Positions 10,616 to 19,830 of a DNA stretch of 64,000 nucleotides are shown one piece after another. The stretch comes from an uncultured Pseudomonadales bacterium (GTDB lineage: Bacteria > Patescibacteriota > Microgenomatia > UBA1400 > RBG-16-45-19): the NCBI GenBank assembly GCA_964441155.1, contig CAYYKL010000001.1, positions 152,393 through 216,392 of the forward strand, given 5' to 3'. Position numbers and translations under genes: made by a program. Numbering within the stretch: position 1 is the stretch's first letter; every line of letters starts with the position of its first letter. Under the pieces are notes generated by a model. The model worked only from the letters and a program-made list of their open reading frames with translations. It searched no databases and had not been told where the DNA came from.

Positions 10616-12397
10616 CTAAGGCTTGAGGCTATATACACTAGAATTTCCTGATTCATGCAGTAATTTTAAATCCCCGACTTCATCAATTTGTTTGATCATT
10701 TCCTGCGCATCGACTGTTTCTCCCTGCATTCTTGCCAACACACCCACATCATCAAAGTGAACCATCACCAAGGAAACTCCGAGTTGCCTCATAACTTCAA
10801 GCGAGGGGGATTGGGGAAACTTTTTTACACTTGAAACTGATTCCACCCAAGCAGATGGAGAAAAACCACTATATCCGTTTACGAATGCGTGTTGCGCATC
10901 CAAAATAAATGAATGATAGTGCAATCGCTTAATTTCTTGGCCTACGAGCGGCATAGTCCAATGCTGTGCTGGAATTTCCATAATTACTTGAGAAGGTTGC
11001 GAAGCAAGCCATTGGTATACTTCAGGAACTTCACTCGCTGAAGAGACTGAAGATTTCATGAGTGGCCATTTTGGCTCGAATATTACCAGCCCCAGGATGA
11101 AGATGCATGTGCCTATAATCATAGTTTTACGGACTTTGTTATTCAGATGACTTGATGTTTTTGCAAACTCAGCAATTGCCAATCCGATGCACAAACTAAG
11201 TCCAAAAAGAAATAAATGCGACCAACGCTGAGGAACGCGCATGCTCTTGAAGCCTGGTATTACATGGAAAAAAAGTAGATAAGGCAATGGCACAGGCAGG
11301 CTAATTTGACGTGATATCCTAAACCACGGTCCTAAACTCAGTATAAATCCCAAGCCTGCAGTTAAGAGTGCAGAAAAGACATACCATGATCGAAGCAATT
11401 TGTGCCTATTTTTTAAAGCGAAGACAAATGACAATATGCTTAAAAATGAAACAGGAAATCCTAAGTAGGCAGGCCAAGGACTTTTATTAATAATTGCCCT
11501 TGCTACATTTACGAATCGAGAACTATTAGTCGGATACAGATACTCGTACCAAACAGTGGAGCCTCCCCATGCATCACTGATCGTTCGAGCGTAATTCCAA
11601 TCATGCGACACTTTCAAATAAGGGCTTAAAATGCCTGCAACTAAAACCAGGGTCGATATGCCAAAGATAAAAAGTGAGGCACATTTTTTGAACGTAATTT
11701 TTTTATAAAACAGCGCGACAACATAAAAAATAGTTACAGTGAAGAGGTAAACATAACCCAGAAAAATGGTATTCAATACTTGAGCCATAAAACATAAACT
11801 AATTCCTAAAGCGTTGTCATTAGATTGTCTTTTGACGTATTTGACAAAAAAGAACAAACCTAACGGTATCCAATAGAATGTTAATACCTGTAGATGCTCC
11901 AGAGTATCTATTCTGCCAATGGAAAACGAAAATAATAATCCGGCAATAAATGCTGATAATTTATCCCCTGTAAGCTCTTTAGATAATAAATAAGTACTTA
12001 AAGCATTGGCAAAAAAAGCAAAAAGTGTTGATAACGTATAGGCTAAAAACGGCTCTTTGGATATCAATACAAATGGTGCTACTAATATTGAAGTCGTTAT
12101 GAGCGGATCAGAAAAAGCCAAAGTGTTCTGTATTGGGTGAAAAAATGGAATATTGAAAAGGTCAAATGGCTTATGAGTAAGCGCGTAAATATTCCAATTG
12201 ATAATGTAGCTAATGAGTTGTTCTTCTGTACCGTTAAACGCCGTAGTGGTGGGGTTAAGCGCGAGCGGCCAGGTAATGTAAAGACTCAAGCATATATAGG
12301 TAATCACAACAATTAATGGCTTAATGTAGCGAATTGAGTGATTATCGGTAAAAAAATCAGTCAAACTATTAATTGAGTTCATTCGCCGATTATTCAT
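10616..12397 (-). CDS. Polytopic membrane protein, putative GT-C-like glycosyltransferase. Function unknown.
   Basis: About 594 aa with many TM helices and a C-terminal soluble domain. Start placed at the ATG of MNNRRM (12397), which forms an ATGA overlap with the stop of the upstream gene (12394-12396). The track start at 12478 would overlap that gene by 85 nt. Confidence 0.4.
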   Translation of the reverse strand: MNNRRMNSINSLTDFFTDNHSIRYIKPLIVVITYICLSLYITWPLALNPTTTAFNGTEEQLISYIINWNIYALTHKPFDLFNIPFFHPIQNTLAFSDPLITTSILVAPFVLISKEPFLAYTLSTLFAFFANALSTYLLSKELTGDKLSAFIAGLLFSFSIGRIDTLEHLQVLTFYWIPLGLFFFVKYVKRQSNDNALGISLCFMAQVLNTIFLGYVYLFTVTIFYVVALFYKKITFKKCASLFIFGISTLVLVAGILSPYLKVSHDWNYARTISDAWGGSTVWYEYLYPTNSSRFVNVARAIINKSPWPAYLGFPVSFLSILSFVFALKNRHKLLRSWYVFSALLTAGLGFILSLGPWFRISRQISLPVPLPYLLFFHVIPGFKSMRVPQRWSHLFLFGLSLCIGLAIAEFAKTSSHLNNKVRKTMIIGTCIFILGLVIFEPKWPLMKSSVSSASEVPEVYQWLASQPSQVIMEIPAQHWTMPLVGQEIKRLHYHSFILDAQHAFVNGYSGFSPSAWVESVSSVKKFPQSPSLEVMRQLGVSLVMVHFDDVGVLARMQGETVDAQEMIKQIDEVGDLKLLHESGNSSVYSLKP

Positions 12398-13572
12398 ACT
12401 TTTTGGTGAAAAAATTTCTCGCGCACTTGAGCTATTAATGAAGTAGCAACAAAAATAATTGGTAACGAATATAGCCAACCAATTCGAATATTACCGATTT
12501 TAGATGTATATTCGCCTGTATATAGAAAAAAAACATATGACAGTAGGCCAGTAAACGAGAAGAGCAACAAAAGGTTTCTAACAAATTTTGAACGAGCAAG
12601 CGGCGCCAGACAAAATGCCCATAATAAATACCAGCTAAAAAAACGTCTTGAATGATCGTTGAACAATGCTAGAGTAAATATCATGGCTCCATAATCAGCA
12701 GCGTTAAACCACGGAATTTTTCTTCGTACAACAAAATACGAGGCCAGTACCGCGGGCAATATTATCGTGACTAATTTTGTGTAGATTGAAAGTAACCACC
12801 CAATAAATAATGTGCCATATCCTATATATTTATTGAACCGATAATAGCGGAAGTATAAAGCCAAACCCAAAAGTAAAAATGCCATCATCGTAATATCATT
12901 GTGCATGTTATTGATCGCTTCCATCATAACTAGAGGGTTAAACATAAATAACCCCGCCCTATACAATTTCGCTTTTTTAGGGGAAATCATCCAAATACTC
13001 CACCCTATTGATAGCACACTAACAAATGCAATTAGTCGAAACGTTATTATTCCGAATTGCAAATCACCAAATGCCAACATATACGCCAAATACCCTATCC
13101 CTGTCCAAACATAACCATATGGCGTGGTTGCACTGACGTTAACCATAAAAGTTTGCCAAGGATCTTGGGGAAAATCCCAAGCCGCATGCTCGTAGGGACT
13201 GGCATTGTATACATGCATCATCTTAGCGTTCATGAGATAGTTAAAAATATCATTGCTTAATGCGGGATACGACGGTAGAAGCGCGATGATGCACAACGCA
13301 TACTGGAGAATAAAAAGCTTATTAGTGAGTCTTCCCTTCTGAATTTGCTTAAGTACCAGAGCATATGCAGCAAAACTCGCCAATACCAAGCCTACAAAGA
13401 TATATGTACTCAATGGACGTTGATGATAGCCTAGTTGCCACATTGATTGTTGAAATTGCCAAAATACCGGGTTGCTCGAAAGCACTAAATTAGGCGCAAC
13501 TTGACTGTAAGAGTAAATCCCATAGAGAAGCAGAACTAATGGATAAACAAGTAGCCACCATTTACGATGCAT
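12394..13572 (-). CDS. Polytopic membrane protein of unknown function, possibly a GT-C-like glycosyltransferase.
   Basis: 392 aa with about 10 TM helices, sitting in an operon with GT2 and GT-C genes. I recognise no family motif. Confidence 0.35.
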   Translation of the reverse strand: MHRKWWLLVYPLVLLLYGIYSYSQVAPNLVLSSNPVFWQFQQSMWQLGYHQRPLSTYIFVGLVLASFAAYALVLKQIQKGRLTNKLFILQYALCIIALLPSYPALSNDIFNYLMNAKMMHVYNASPYEHAAWDFPQDPWQTFMVNVSATTPYGYVWTGIGYLAYMLAFGDLQFGIITFRLIAFVSVLSIGWSIWMISPKKAKLYRAGLFMFNPLVMMEAINNMHNDITMMAFLLLGLALYFRYYRFNKYIGYGTLFIGWLLSIYTKLVTIILPAVLASYFVVRRKIPWFNAADYGAMIFTLALFNDHSRRFFSWYLLWAFCLAPLARSKFVRNLLLLFSFTGLLSYVFFLYTGEYTSKIGNIRIGWLYSLPIIFVATSLIAQVREKFFHQKV

Positions 13573-14347
13573 AGCGACCTAAAAATACTGCAACCTTAAT
13601 GTGCATGAGCTGAAACAACATTCGCACTGAATCTTTTATTGGGCTAACTCGCTGAGTCTGCACGTGTTTCCATTGCACGGGAACTTCTGCAATACGATAG
13701 CCAGCTTTTTTAGCCAAATAGAGAAGTTCAACGTCAAAGGCCCCAGTAAAAGCGTCGGTTTCTGGTTTCACCGTGACCGAAAGTTTAGGAAAAATATCTT
13801 GCACTAAATTGCTCGTCATCACCTTGAATCCACATTGCGTATCGTGAATTCCGCGCACAGTAAGCAGTTTCACCATTATATTGAAACCTTTGCCCATAAG
13901 ATGTCGATAAATTGGCTCACGCTCCCTCGCAGATCCCTGGACTTCTCTGGAACCAATTGCCATATCGTAGTCGCGCTCAAAAAACGGTAACATTTTTTGG
14001 AGTTCTTGAATTGGTGTTGATTGGTCGAAATCAGTATAGAGTCGATATCGCCCTAGTGCCTTGAGCATTGCCCTCTTTACTGTTGGTCCTTTGCCCGCAT
14101 GTTGCAAACCTAAAAAACGGACTTTTTCATGTTTTCTGGAGAAATCCTGCAATGCTTGTGCTGTACCATCAGTTGATCCATCATCAGCCAAAATAAGCTC
14201 AAAAGAGTATGACTGTTGAGATAAATACTTATAGATTGAGTCGAGCAACCCCTTGTGTAAATTACTTTGCTCATTAAATGAGGGAACAACAACTGAAAGA
14301 AACGGCTTTTCCATAGCCCTAATTGTATACTTATCCTTATTATTCAT
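13562..14347 (-). CDS. Polyprenyl-phosphate sugar synthase-like glycosyltransferase family 2 (DPM1/GtrB/ArnC-like).
   Basis: LSVVVPSFNEQSNL...LILADDGSTDGT...TDFD is the GT2 DPM1-like catalytic core, and the short C-terminal amphipathic tail matches about 260 aa bactoprenol-phosphate glycosyltransferases. Start set to the first ATG. The track start at 14350 is a TTG. Confidence 0.7.
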   Translation of the reverse strand: MNNKDKYTIRAMEKPFLSVVVPSFNEQSNLHKGLLDSIYKYLSQQSYSFELILADDGSTDGTAQALQDFSRKHEKVRFLGLQHAGKGPTVKRAMLKALGRYRLYTDFDQSTPIQELQKMLPFFERDYDMAIGSREVQGSAREREPIYRHLMGKGFNIMVKLLTVRGIHDTQCGFKVMTSNLVQDIFPKLSVTVKPETDAFTGAFDVELLYLAKKAGYRIAEVPVQWKHVQTQRVSPIKDSVRMLFQLMHIKVAVFLGRYAS

Positions 14348-14404
14348 CAAAGCGGCATAGGCTTACCCGAGGGATAGCAATCATTGCCTAATCTAAGTGA
14401 ATCT

Positions 14405-15367
14405 ATGGTTTTACCAAGCAACAATATCAAAGCCTTATTACGACATTCAGTGAAGAAATTTCACTTCAAAAAAATCGCAGCCGTTTTAGCCATAAGCGTT
14501 GGAGTGTTTGTGCTTACTCTATTGCTTTTATTGAGACTCGAGTCACTAAACCAGTTGACACAGATTCATGAGATCCCCAATGAACTAACTAAATTGCCAC
14601 CTATGGCATATGATTTGCAATTGCCTTCTCCGCAAGTGACAGCTAAAAACATATTTGTATTTGATCCCATTGCTTTAAGTGTGCTTTACGAGAAACAAAG
14701 TGATGTTTCCGTGCCTCCTGCCTCAACGACAAAACTTATGACTGCCCTAGTCACCCTAAATTCTTTTCAGCTGACTGACACCATTTCATTGCCTGCTGCT
14801 CGTTTGGTTGTAGGCAGCAGCTCAAAAATCGCTTCAACCGCAACTTGGAGTGTGGAGCAATTACTGCACGCGCTTCTGGTTAGCTCGGGCAACGATGCAG
14901 CCATTGCACTGGCTCAAGCACATCCCCAAGGATACGATGGTTTTGTAGCAGCCATGAACCAAGCAGCAAGTGATCTGGACTTGCATCAAACACACTTCAA
15001 CAATGTTTCAGGTCTTGATTCCCCAGGACACGTTTCTTCTGCCCGAGATTTAGCATTTTTGACACTCGAGATTATGCGGCATCCTCTCTTGCGAGAAATT
15101 GTGGCCGCTCCTGAAGTTTCTGTTCATGATAAGACCGGTCAAATTACTGCCAAACTCTTCTCGACAAATGAATTGCTAGGACGTGAGCCAGGAGTCATGG
15201 GAGTCAAAACTGGCAAAACCGAAGCCGCGCTTGAATGTCTTATTACTTGGGTGGAGCGAGATAATCATCCGGTGGTGTTGGTAGTACTTGGATCAACTGA
15301 TCGCTTTGGAGATACAAAAAAGTTAATCGAGTGGGTCTACACCAACTTTGAGTGGATCCAGGTTTAG
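14405..15367 (+). CDS. D-alanyl-D-alanine carboxypeptidase (S11 family low-molecular-weight PBP, DacA-like).
   Basis: The active-site triad motifs are present: SxxK (PASTTKLM), SxN (SSGNDAA) and KTG (VKTGKT). An N-terminal TM/signal segment is present. The track start at 14384 is a TTG, and the first ATG (MVLPSNN) is at 14405. Confidence 0.75.
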   Translation: MVLPSNNIKALLRHSVKKFHFKKIAAVLAISVGVFVLTLLLLLRLESLNQLTQIHEIPNELTKLPPMAYDLQLPSPQVTAKNIFVFDPIALSVLYEKQSDVSVPPASTTKLMTALVTLNSFQLTDTISLPAARLVVGSSSKIASTATWSVEQLLHALLVSSGNDAAIALAQAHPQGYDGFVAAMNQAASDLDLHQTHFNNVSGLDSPGHVSSARDLAFLTLEIMRHPLLREIVAAPEVSVHDKTGQITAKLFSTNELLGREPGVMGVKTGKTEAALECLITWVERDNHPVVLVVLGSTDRFGDTKKLIEWVYTNFEWIQV

Positions 15368-16422
15368 CGAGTATTTTGGCTAAAATCTTGTGCAATGGCA
15401 CTTACATAGGCGACAAAATCATTGTCTCCAGAGAAAATCCAAATTGGTTGCAAATAGTCTTGAGCTTCGAATGCATCAAAATAGCCAAGCTCAACACGCC
15501 TGACGGCCACAAGCGAGGATGGAGATGTAAATGAGGCCACATAGGCTTTGCCCTCAGTCAGTTCTTGCCAAGCCTGGGCGGCTGGCTTAATGGGATATGT
15601 TTGAGAACTAATGTAGTCAATGGGAAAATATTGAGCAGCGACGCGTACAATTCCATCGGCATAATTGCGATTTCCAGACACAATCACCTCAATAAGTCCT
15701 TGGTTCGGATCGGCCGTTACAGCGGAATAAAGATTATCAATGGCTGTCCTTGTGTAATCAACATCAATGAAATCTGCCTCAGACAAACTGAGTGTTGATA
15801 CAAATTCTCCACCTGCTGATTTCAAATAGCGCATAGCAGGGTTTACTAGGTCGATATCAGTAGGCAACAACCGATTCCTGTTGAGATAATCTTCAACTTT
15901 AGTAATTGCCTGGTTTTCACTCAGAAGCTCGTTATTTTCGAGGAAGTATGGATCGGCTGCCCATTGAGCAATAAGGGTATACGTCCCTTCGTATATATTA
16001 ATCTCCAAAGTTGTTGGTAATCCCTCTCCCCGACTCCATCGATACAGCGATTCAGTAAGCGCAATAGGCTGATTCACAAAACCCATTTGAACCGCCTGTT
16101 CGCTGGAGCGCTCGAGCGCCAACAAATTGGGTCGATTAGTCTGCACATCAAACACTTTGAGTGCAAATGGAGTTTGGGGAAAACCGCCGTCAGGTGTTTC
16201 CAAAGTTAGCGGTGGCTGGACCATGTTGCTCTCGGGAAACTGAATGGGAGGCAGCGCACCAAATCCCATGGTGGCAGGTGGCGGTGGATCAGGAAAAAAA
16301 CGCTTATAGAGCGCAAAACCATTAACCAGCACAACTCTGCCGACAATTAGACCAACGAGTGAAAGTAAACCAAGTTTGATTCCAATTCGAGCAATGTAGG
16401 CAGTTCGGGTTAGTTGAGTCAT
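15364..16422 (-). CDS. Hypothetical protein, membrane-anchored, with a Pro-rich linker and an extracytoplasmic domain.
   Basis: N-terminal TM helix (IGIKLGLLSLVGLIVGRVVLV), then a PDPPPPA linker, then an approximately 300 aa soluble domain without a recognisable family motif. Convergent with the dacA-like gene, with a 4 nt overlap. Confidence 0.4.
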   Translation of the reverse strand: MTQLTRTAYIARIGIKLGLLSLVGLIVGRVVLVNGFALYKRFFPDPPPPATMGFGALPPIQFPESNMVQPPLTLETPDGGFPQTPFALKVFDVQTNRPNLLALERSSEQAVQMGFVNQPIALTESLYRWSRGEGLPTTLEINIYEGTYTLIAQWAADPYFLENNELLSENQAITKVEDYLNRNRLLPTDIDLVNPAMRYLKSAGGEFVSTLSLSEADFIDVDYTRTAIDNLYSAVTADPNQGLIEVIVSGNRNYADGIVRVAAQYFPIDYISSQTYPIKPAAQAWQELTEGKAYVASFTSPSSLVAVRRVELGYFDAFEAQDYLQPIWIFSGDNDFVAYVSAIAQDFSQNTR

Positions 16423-16459
16423 AAATGCGTTGCTCTTATTCTCTCAATAATTGGCTCAA

Positions 16460-16488
16460 TTGAGAAGGGGTACCTAGTCTGGTAGAAT
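16460..16488 (+). promoter_or_regulatory. Putative sigma70-type promoter of gltX: TTGAGA, 17 nt spacer, TAGAAT.
   Basis: Near-consensus -35 and -10 hexamers with a 17 nt spacer. The -10 ends 9 nt before the gltX ATG, implying a leaderless or near-leaderless transcript. There is no Shine-Dalgarno sequence. Confidence 0.4.
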
Positions 16489-16497
16489 CTTGAAGCC

Positions 16498-17937
16498 ATG
16501 ATAAGAACAAGAATTGCACCTTCTCCCACAGGAATGCCGCACATTGGCACTATGTTCCAGGCTCTCCTAGACTTTGTATTTGCCAAAAAACATAGTGGAA
16601 AATTCTTGGTGCGAATCGAAGATACTGATCAATCTCGATTTGTTGAAGGAGCTGAGACAGCAATTTTTGATTCACTTGAGTGGCTTGGCTTGACTCCGGA
16701 TGAGAGTCCAATCCACCATGGATCGTTTGGCCCATATCGCCAATCGCAACGCCTTGAAATCTATGCCCGACATGCACAAAGTTTAGTGGAAAATGGTCAT
16801 GCTTATTATTGCTTCTGCTCAAGTGAACGGCTAGATCAGGTCAGAAAAGCTATGCAAGCTCAAGGTAAACCACCGATGTATGACAAGCATTGTCGTGACA
16901 TTGATCACGCTGAAGCTGTGGAGCGCGCCAAACGAGAAACGTTTGTTGTTAGACTAAAAGTCCCTTCAAATAAAGCAATTGTCCTTCACGATGAAGTGAG
17001 AGGTGATATCACGTTTGATAGTAGCGTGGTTGATGATCAGGTGCTTATAAAATCTGACGGGTACCCCACCTATCACTTAGCAGTTGTCGTGGATGATCAC
17101 GAAATGGAAATAACGCACGTCGTTCGCGGTGAAGAGTGGATTAGCTCTGCTCCAAAGCATGTTTTGCTCTATCAATTTTTCAACTGGCCATTACCAAAAT
17201 TCATTCATACCCCACTACTACGAAACCCCGATAAATCAAAATTATCCAAACGCCATGGCCACGCTTCAGTATCCTGGTACATCAACTCAGGTTACTTGCC
17301 TGAAGCGGTAATTAATTTTCTCGCATCTAGGGTCTGGAACCATCCTGAAGGACTAGAAGTGTATGGGATTGAGGAGCTCATAAAGCATTTTGATTTTAGT
17401 GGCATGCATATTCAAGGCCCGATAGTTGACCTTGATAAACTTAATTGGATCAACGGTCAATGGATAAGGAACTTAAGCGATGAAGACTTAGCCCAAAGGC
17501 TGGTTCCTTTTATGCCCGATGGCATGGATCGAGCACTGCTTTTGATAATTCTGCCATTAATTAAGGACCGTTTAGTTACCCTTGCAGATATCGGAAAATT
17601 CACCGACTATTTCATGCAAGATCCACAGATTGAGCAGGCCACACTCATTAAACAGTCGAAACGCGCAGCAAGCGAAGTGATTGTCTATCTTGAATCAGTG
17701 AAAAATAATCTATCTGATGTTGTACCTTTTGACACAGAACGTATAGAGAGCTCCCTTCGCGCGCACCAAGCAACCAGTGGTTTTAATCCAAGACAAGCAT
17801 TTATGACTTTGCGCTATGCATTAACGGGAAAAGACGCCACACCACCTCTCTTTGATGTCATGGCAGTTTTAGGAAAAGAAACGTGCATAATACGTCTGTC
17901 TCAGGCAATAACTACGCTTGCTGAATCAAAATCGTAA
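16498..17937 (+). CDS. gltX: Glutamyl-tRNA synthetase.
   Basis: Class I HIGH motif (SPTGMPHIGT) and KMSKS motif (KLSKRHG). Length and domain order are typical of bacterial GluRS. Confidence 0.9.
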   Translation: MIRTRIAPSPTGMPHIGTMFQALLDFVFAKKHSGKFLVRIEDTDQSRFVEGAETAIFDSLEWLGLTPDESPIHHGSFGPYRQSQRLEIYARHAQSLVENGHAYYCFCSSERLDQVRKAMQAQGKPPMYDKHCRDIDHAEAVERAKRETFVVRLKVPSNKAIVLHDEVRGDITFDSSVVDDQVLIKSDGYPTYHLAVVVDDHEMEITHVVRGEEWISSAPKHVLLYQFFNWPLPKFIHTPLLRNPDKSKLSKRHGHASVSWYINSGYLPEAVINFLASRVWNHPEGLEVYGIEELIKHFDFSGMHIQGPIVDLDKLNWINGQWIRNLSDEDLAQRLVPFMPDGMDRALLLIILPLIKDRLVTLADIGKFTDYFMQDPQIEQATLIKQSKRAASEVIVYLESVKNNLSDVVPFDTERIESSLRAHQATSGFNPRQAFMTLRYALTGKDATPPLFDVMAVLGKETCIIRLSQAITTLAESKS

Positions 17938-17957
17938 AAACTCACGAGGCATCAATT

Positions 17958-19430
17958 TCAAGCATTCGCGTTTTTAGGCAGAGAAAAAGCAAAAGTCGAT
18001 CCCTGATCTTTTGAGCTTTTGACCGTCAGCGAGCCTCCATGTCGTTGCATAATTTCTTTGCAGATGAATAATCCCATTCCAAACCCCTGAATCCCTTGTT
18101 TTTTATGAGCGGCAACTTGATAGAGTCGGTCGAAAATAAGTTCATGTTGATCCTGAGGAATGCCAATACCAAAATCCTGCACGCTGACACTTATTTGAGC
18201 ATCTGTTTCTTCAAAAGCTATGATAATCGGTTGATTGTCAGGCGAGTACTTCAAGGCATTACTAATGAGATTGCTGATCACTTGATAAATCCGAAAACGA
18301 TCTGCATACACAACTAGGCTGGTGGAACTCGTGAATTTGACACGATTAGGAAGATTCGGATTTTGGTACATTTCAACTACTTCTTGAATCAATTCATTGA
18401 GATCAAACTCTTCCTTATTAAGCAATAATTTGCCCACTTTGATTTTTGAAACATCAAGTAGCTCATTTACGATTATTTGCAATTTATCGATTTGAGTTCG
18501 TATGCGATTGAGAATTCTTCCCGCTGGATCACCTTCATTGGCAGCTAAAGTTTTAAGCAAATAATCGTTAAATAACTTCAAACTAGTCAACGGCGTTTTT
18601 AATTCATGAGACGCCATGTTAATAAAATCGTCCTTGCGCTGTTCAAGCTCAATCTGATCCGAAATATCATCAATAATCCAAGCAGCGGCTATCATTTTTC
18701 CGTGATCATTCTCAACTTTATTGAAACTTATGCTTACATGTGTTTGAGTTTTATCATCTTTAAGAATCGTAATTTTATGATTGATGATAGGATCTTTTTG
18801 ATCAAACAAATCAAAGAGTGGATAATCTGATTGGTGATTAGCTGATCCATTGCTTGGAATCATGCGCACCAACAATTCACTTCCTAGCTTAAATCCGAGA
18901 GGAATTTCTGATCCTAAAATATCCTGAACCCTAGCATTCACGTGAGTAATCACACCCTTTTGATCACTAACCAAAACTCCAACGGGAAGCTGTTCAAGAA
19001 TGGTGTACAAACGGCGCTTTCCTTCGGCTTCTTTTTCGATTAATAAATCGATCTTTTGTTTTAAACCCCCGATGACTGCTGCCATGAGCATATAAATTGT
19101 GGCCAACATGAAGGTTGTCTTAATGCCTGAAGAATACTGCTCACCGGAATATCCTCTGGAGTAAATTATGTAGGTGTAATAGGCGATGGTATCAAGCGTT
19201 GCAATGACTCCCCCTTTAATTCCATCTCTAAAAGAGAAATACATTATCAATGCCATAAAAATGTAAATAGTCGAAAATCCGAGATTTTCAGGACTTGCCA
19301 GAATTGTTTGGGCAATAAACTCGAGGGTAATTGCCGTGACCACTACCACAACCAAAGGTAAAATGGTTGAATAGCGCATACTTCCCAAGTGATTTAAGGG
19401 ATTTAGGTAATTAAGCAATTTTTGAATCAT
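17958..19430 (-). CDS. Sensor histidine kinase (TM sensor, PAS-like region, HisKA and HATPase_c domains).
   Basis: N-terminal TM helices, an H-box SHELKTPLTSL, and N, G1 and G2 boxes (NLISNALKYS...DFGIGIP...GFGMGL). Confidence 0.8.
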   Translation of the reverse strand: MIQKLLNYLNPLNHLGSMRYSTILPLVVVVVTAITLEFIAQTILASPENLGFSTIYIFMALIMYFSFRDGIKGGVIATLDTIAYYTYIIYSRGYSGEQYSSGIKTTFMLATIYMLMAAVIGGLKQKIDLLIEKEAEGKRRLYTILEQLPVGVLVSDQKGVITHVNARVQDILGSEIPLGFKLGSELLVRMIPSNGSANHQSDYPLFDLFDQKDPIINHKITILKDDKTQTHVSISFNKVENDHGKMIAAAWIIDDISDQIELEQRKDDFINMASHELKTPLTSLKLFNDYLLKTLAANEGDPAGRILNRIRTQIDKLQIIVNELLDVSKIKVGKLLLNKEEFDLNELIQEVVEMYQNPNLPNRVKFTSSTSLVVYADRFRIYQVISNLISNALKYSPDNQPIIIAFEETDAQISVSVQDFGIGIPQDQHELIFDRLYQVAAHKKQGIQGFGMGLFICKEIMQRHGGSLTVKSSKDQGSTFAFSLPKNANA

Positions 19431-19830
19431 GAATTTGAACGCATTCTAAAATCTCCGATTGTTCATCGGAATTCACAAAGTGATAGCAGTCCCCAAATTT
19501 AATAATTGGTAATTCATTTAATTGAATGGTTAGCTATAGTCTAAAGTAAATCGCAAAAAAGTATGTAAGTGCCAATGCAAAATTATGTAAGAATCAGACG
19601 GTAGTTTACGACAAGCTCTATGGTCATTAATTTTTTGCTTTTCACAGCAGTCACCCGATTAGGCGCACATATGTTTGTTCAATTCGATTACGCTGCGATA
19701 TTACATGCCTCAAATCGTAAGGCTAAATCTTTTTTTAATAATGAGATTACAAGAATAAGATGCTTTCTTTTCTTACACGGCTCTTACATAATTTTGTTAC
19801 ATATTTACTTTGCTCAACTATAGTAAGCCT

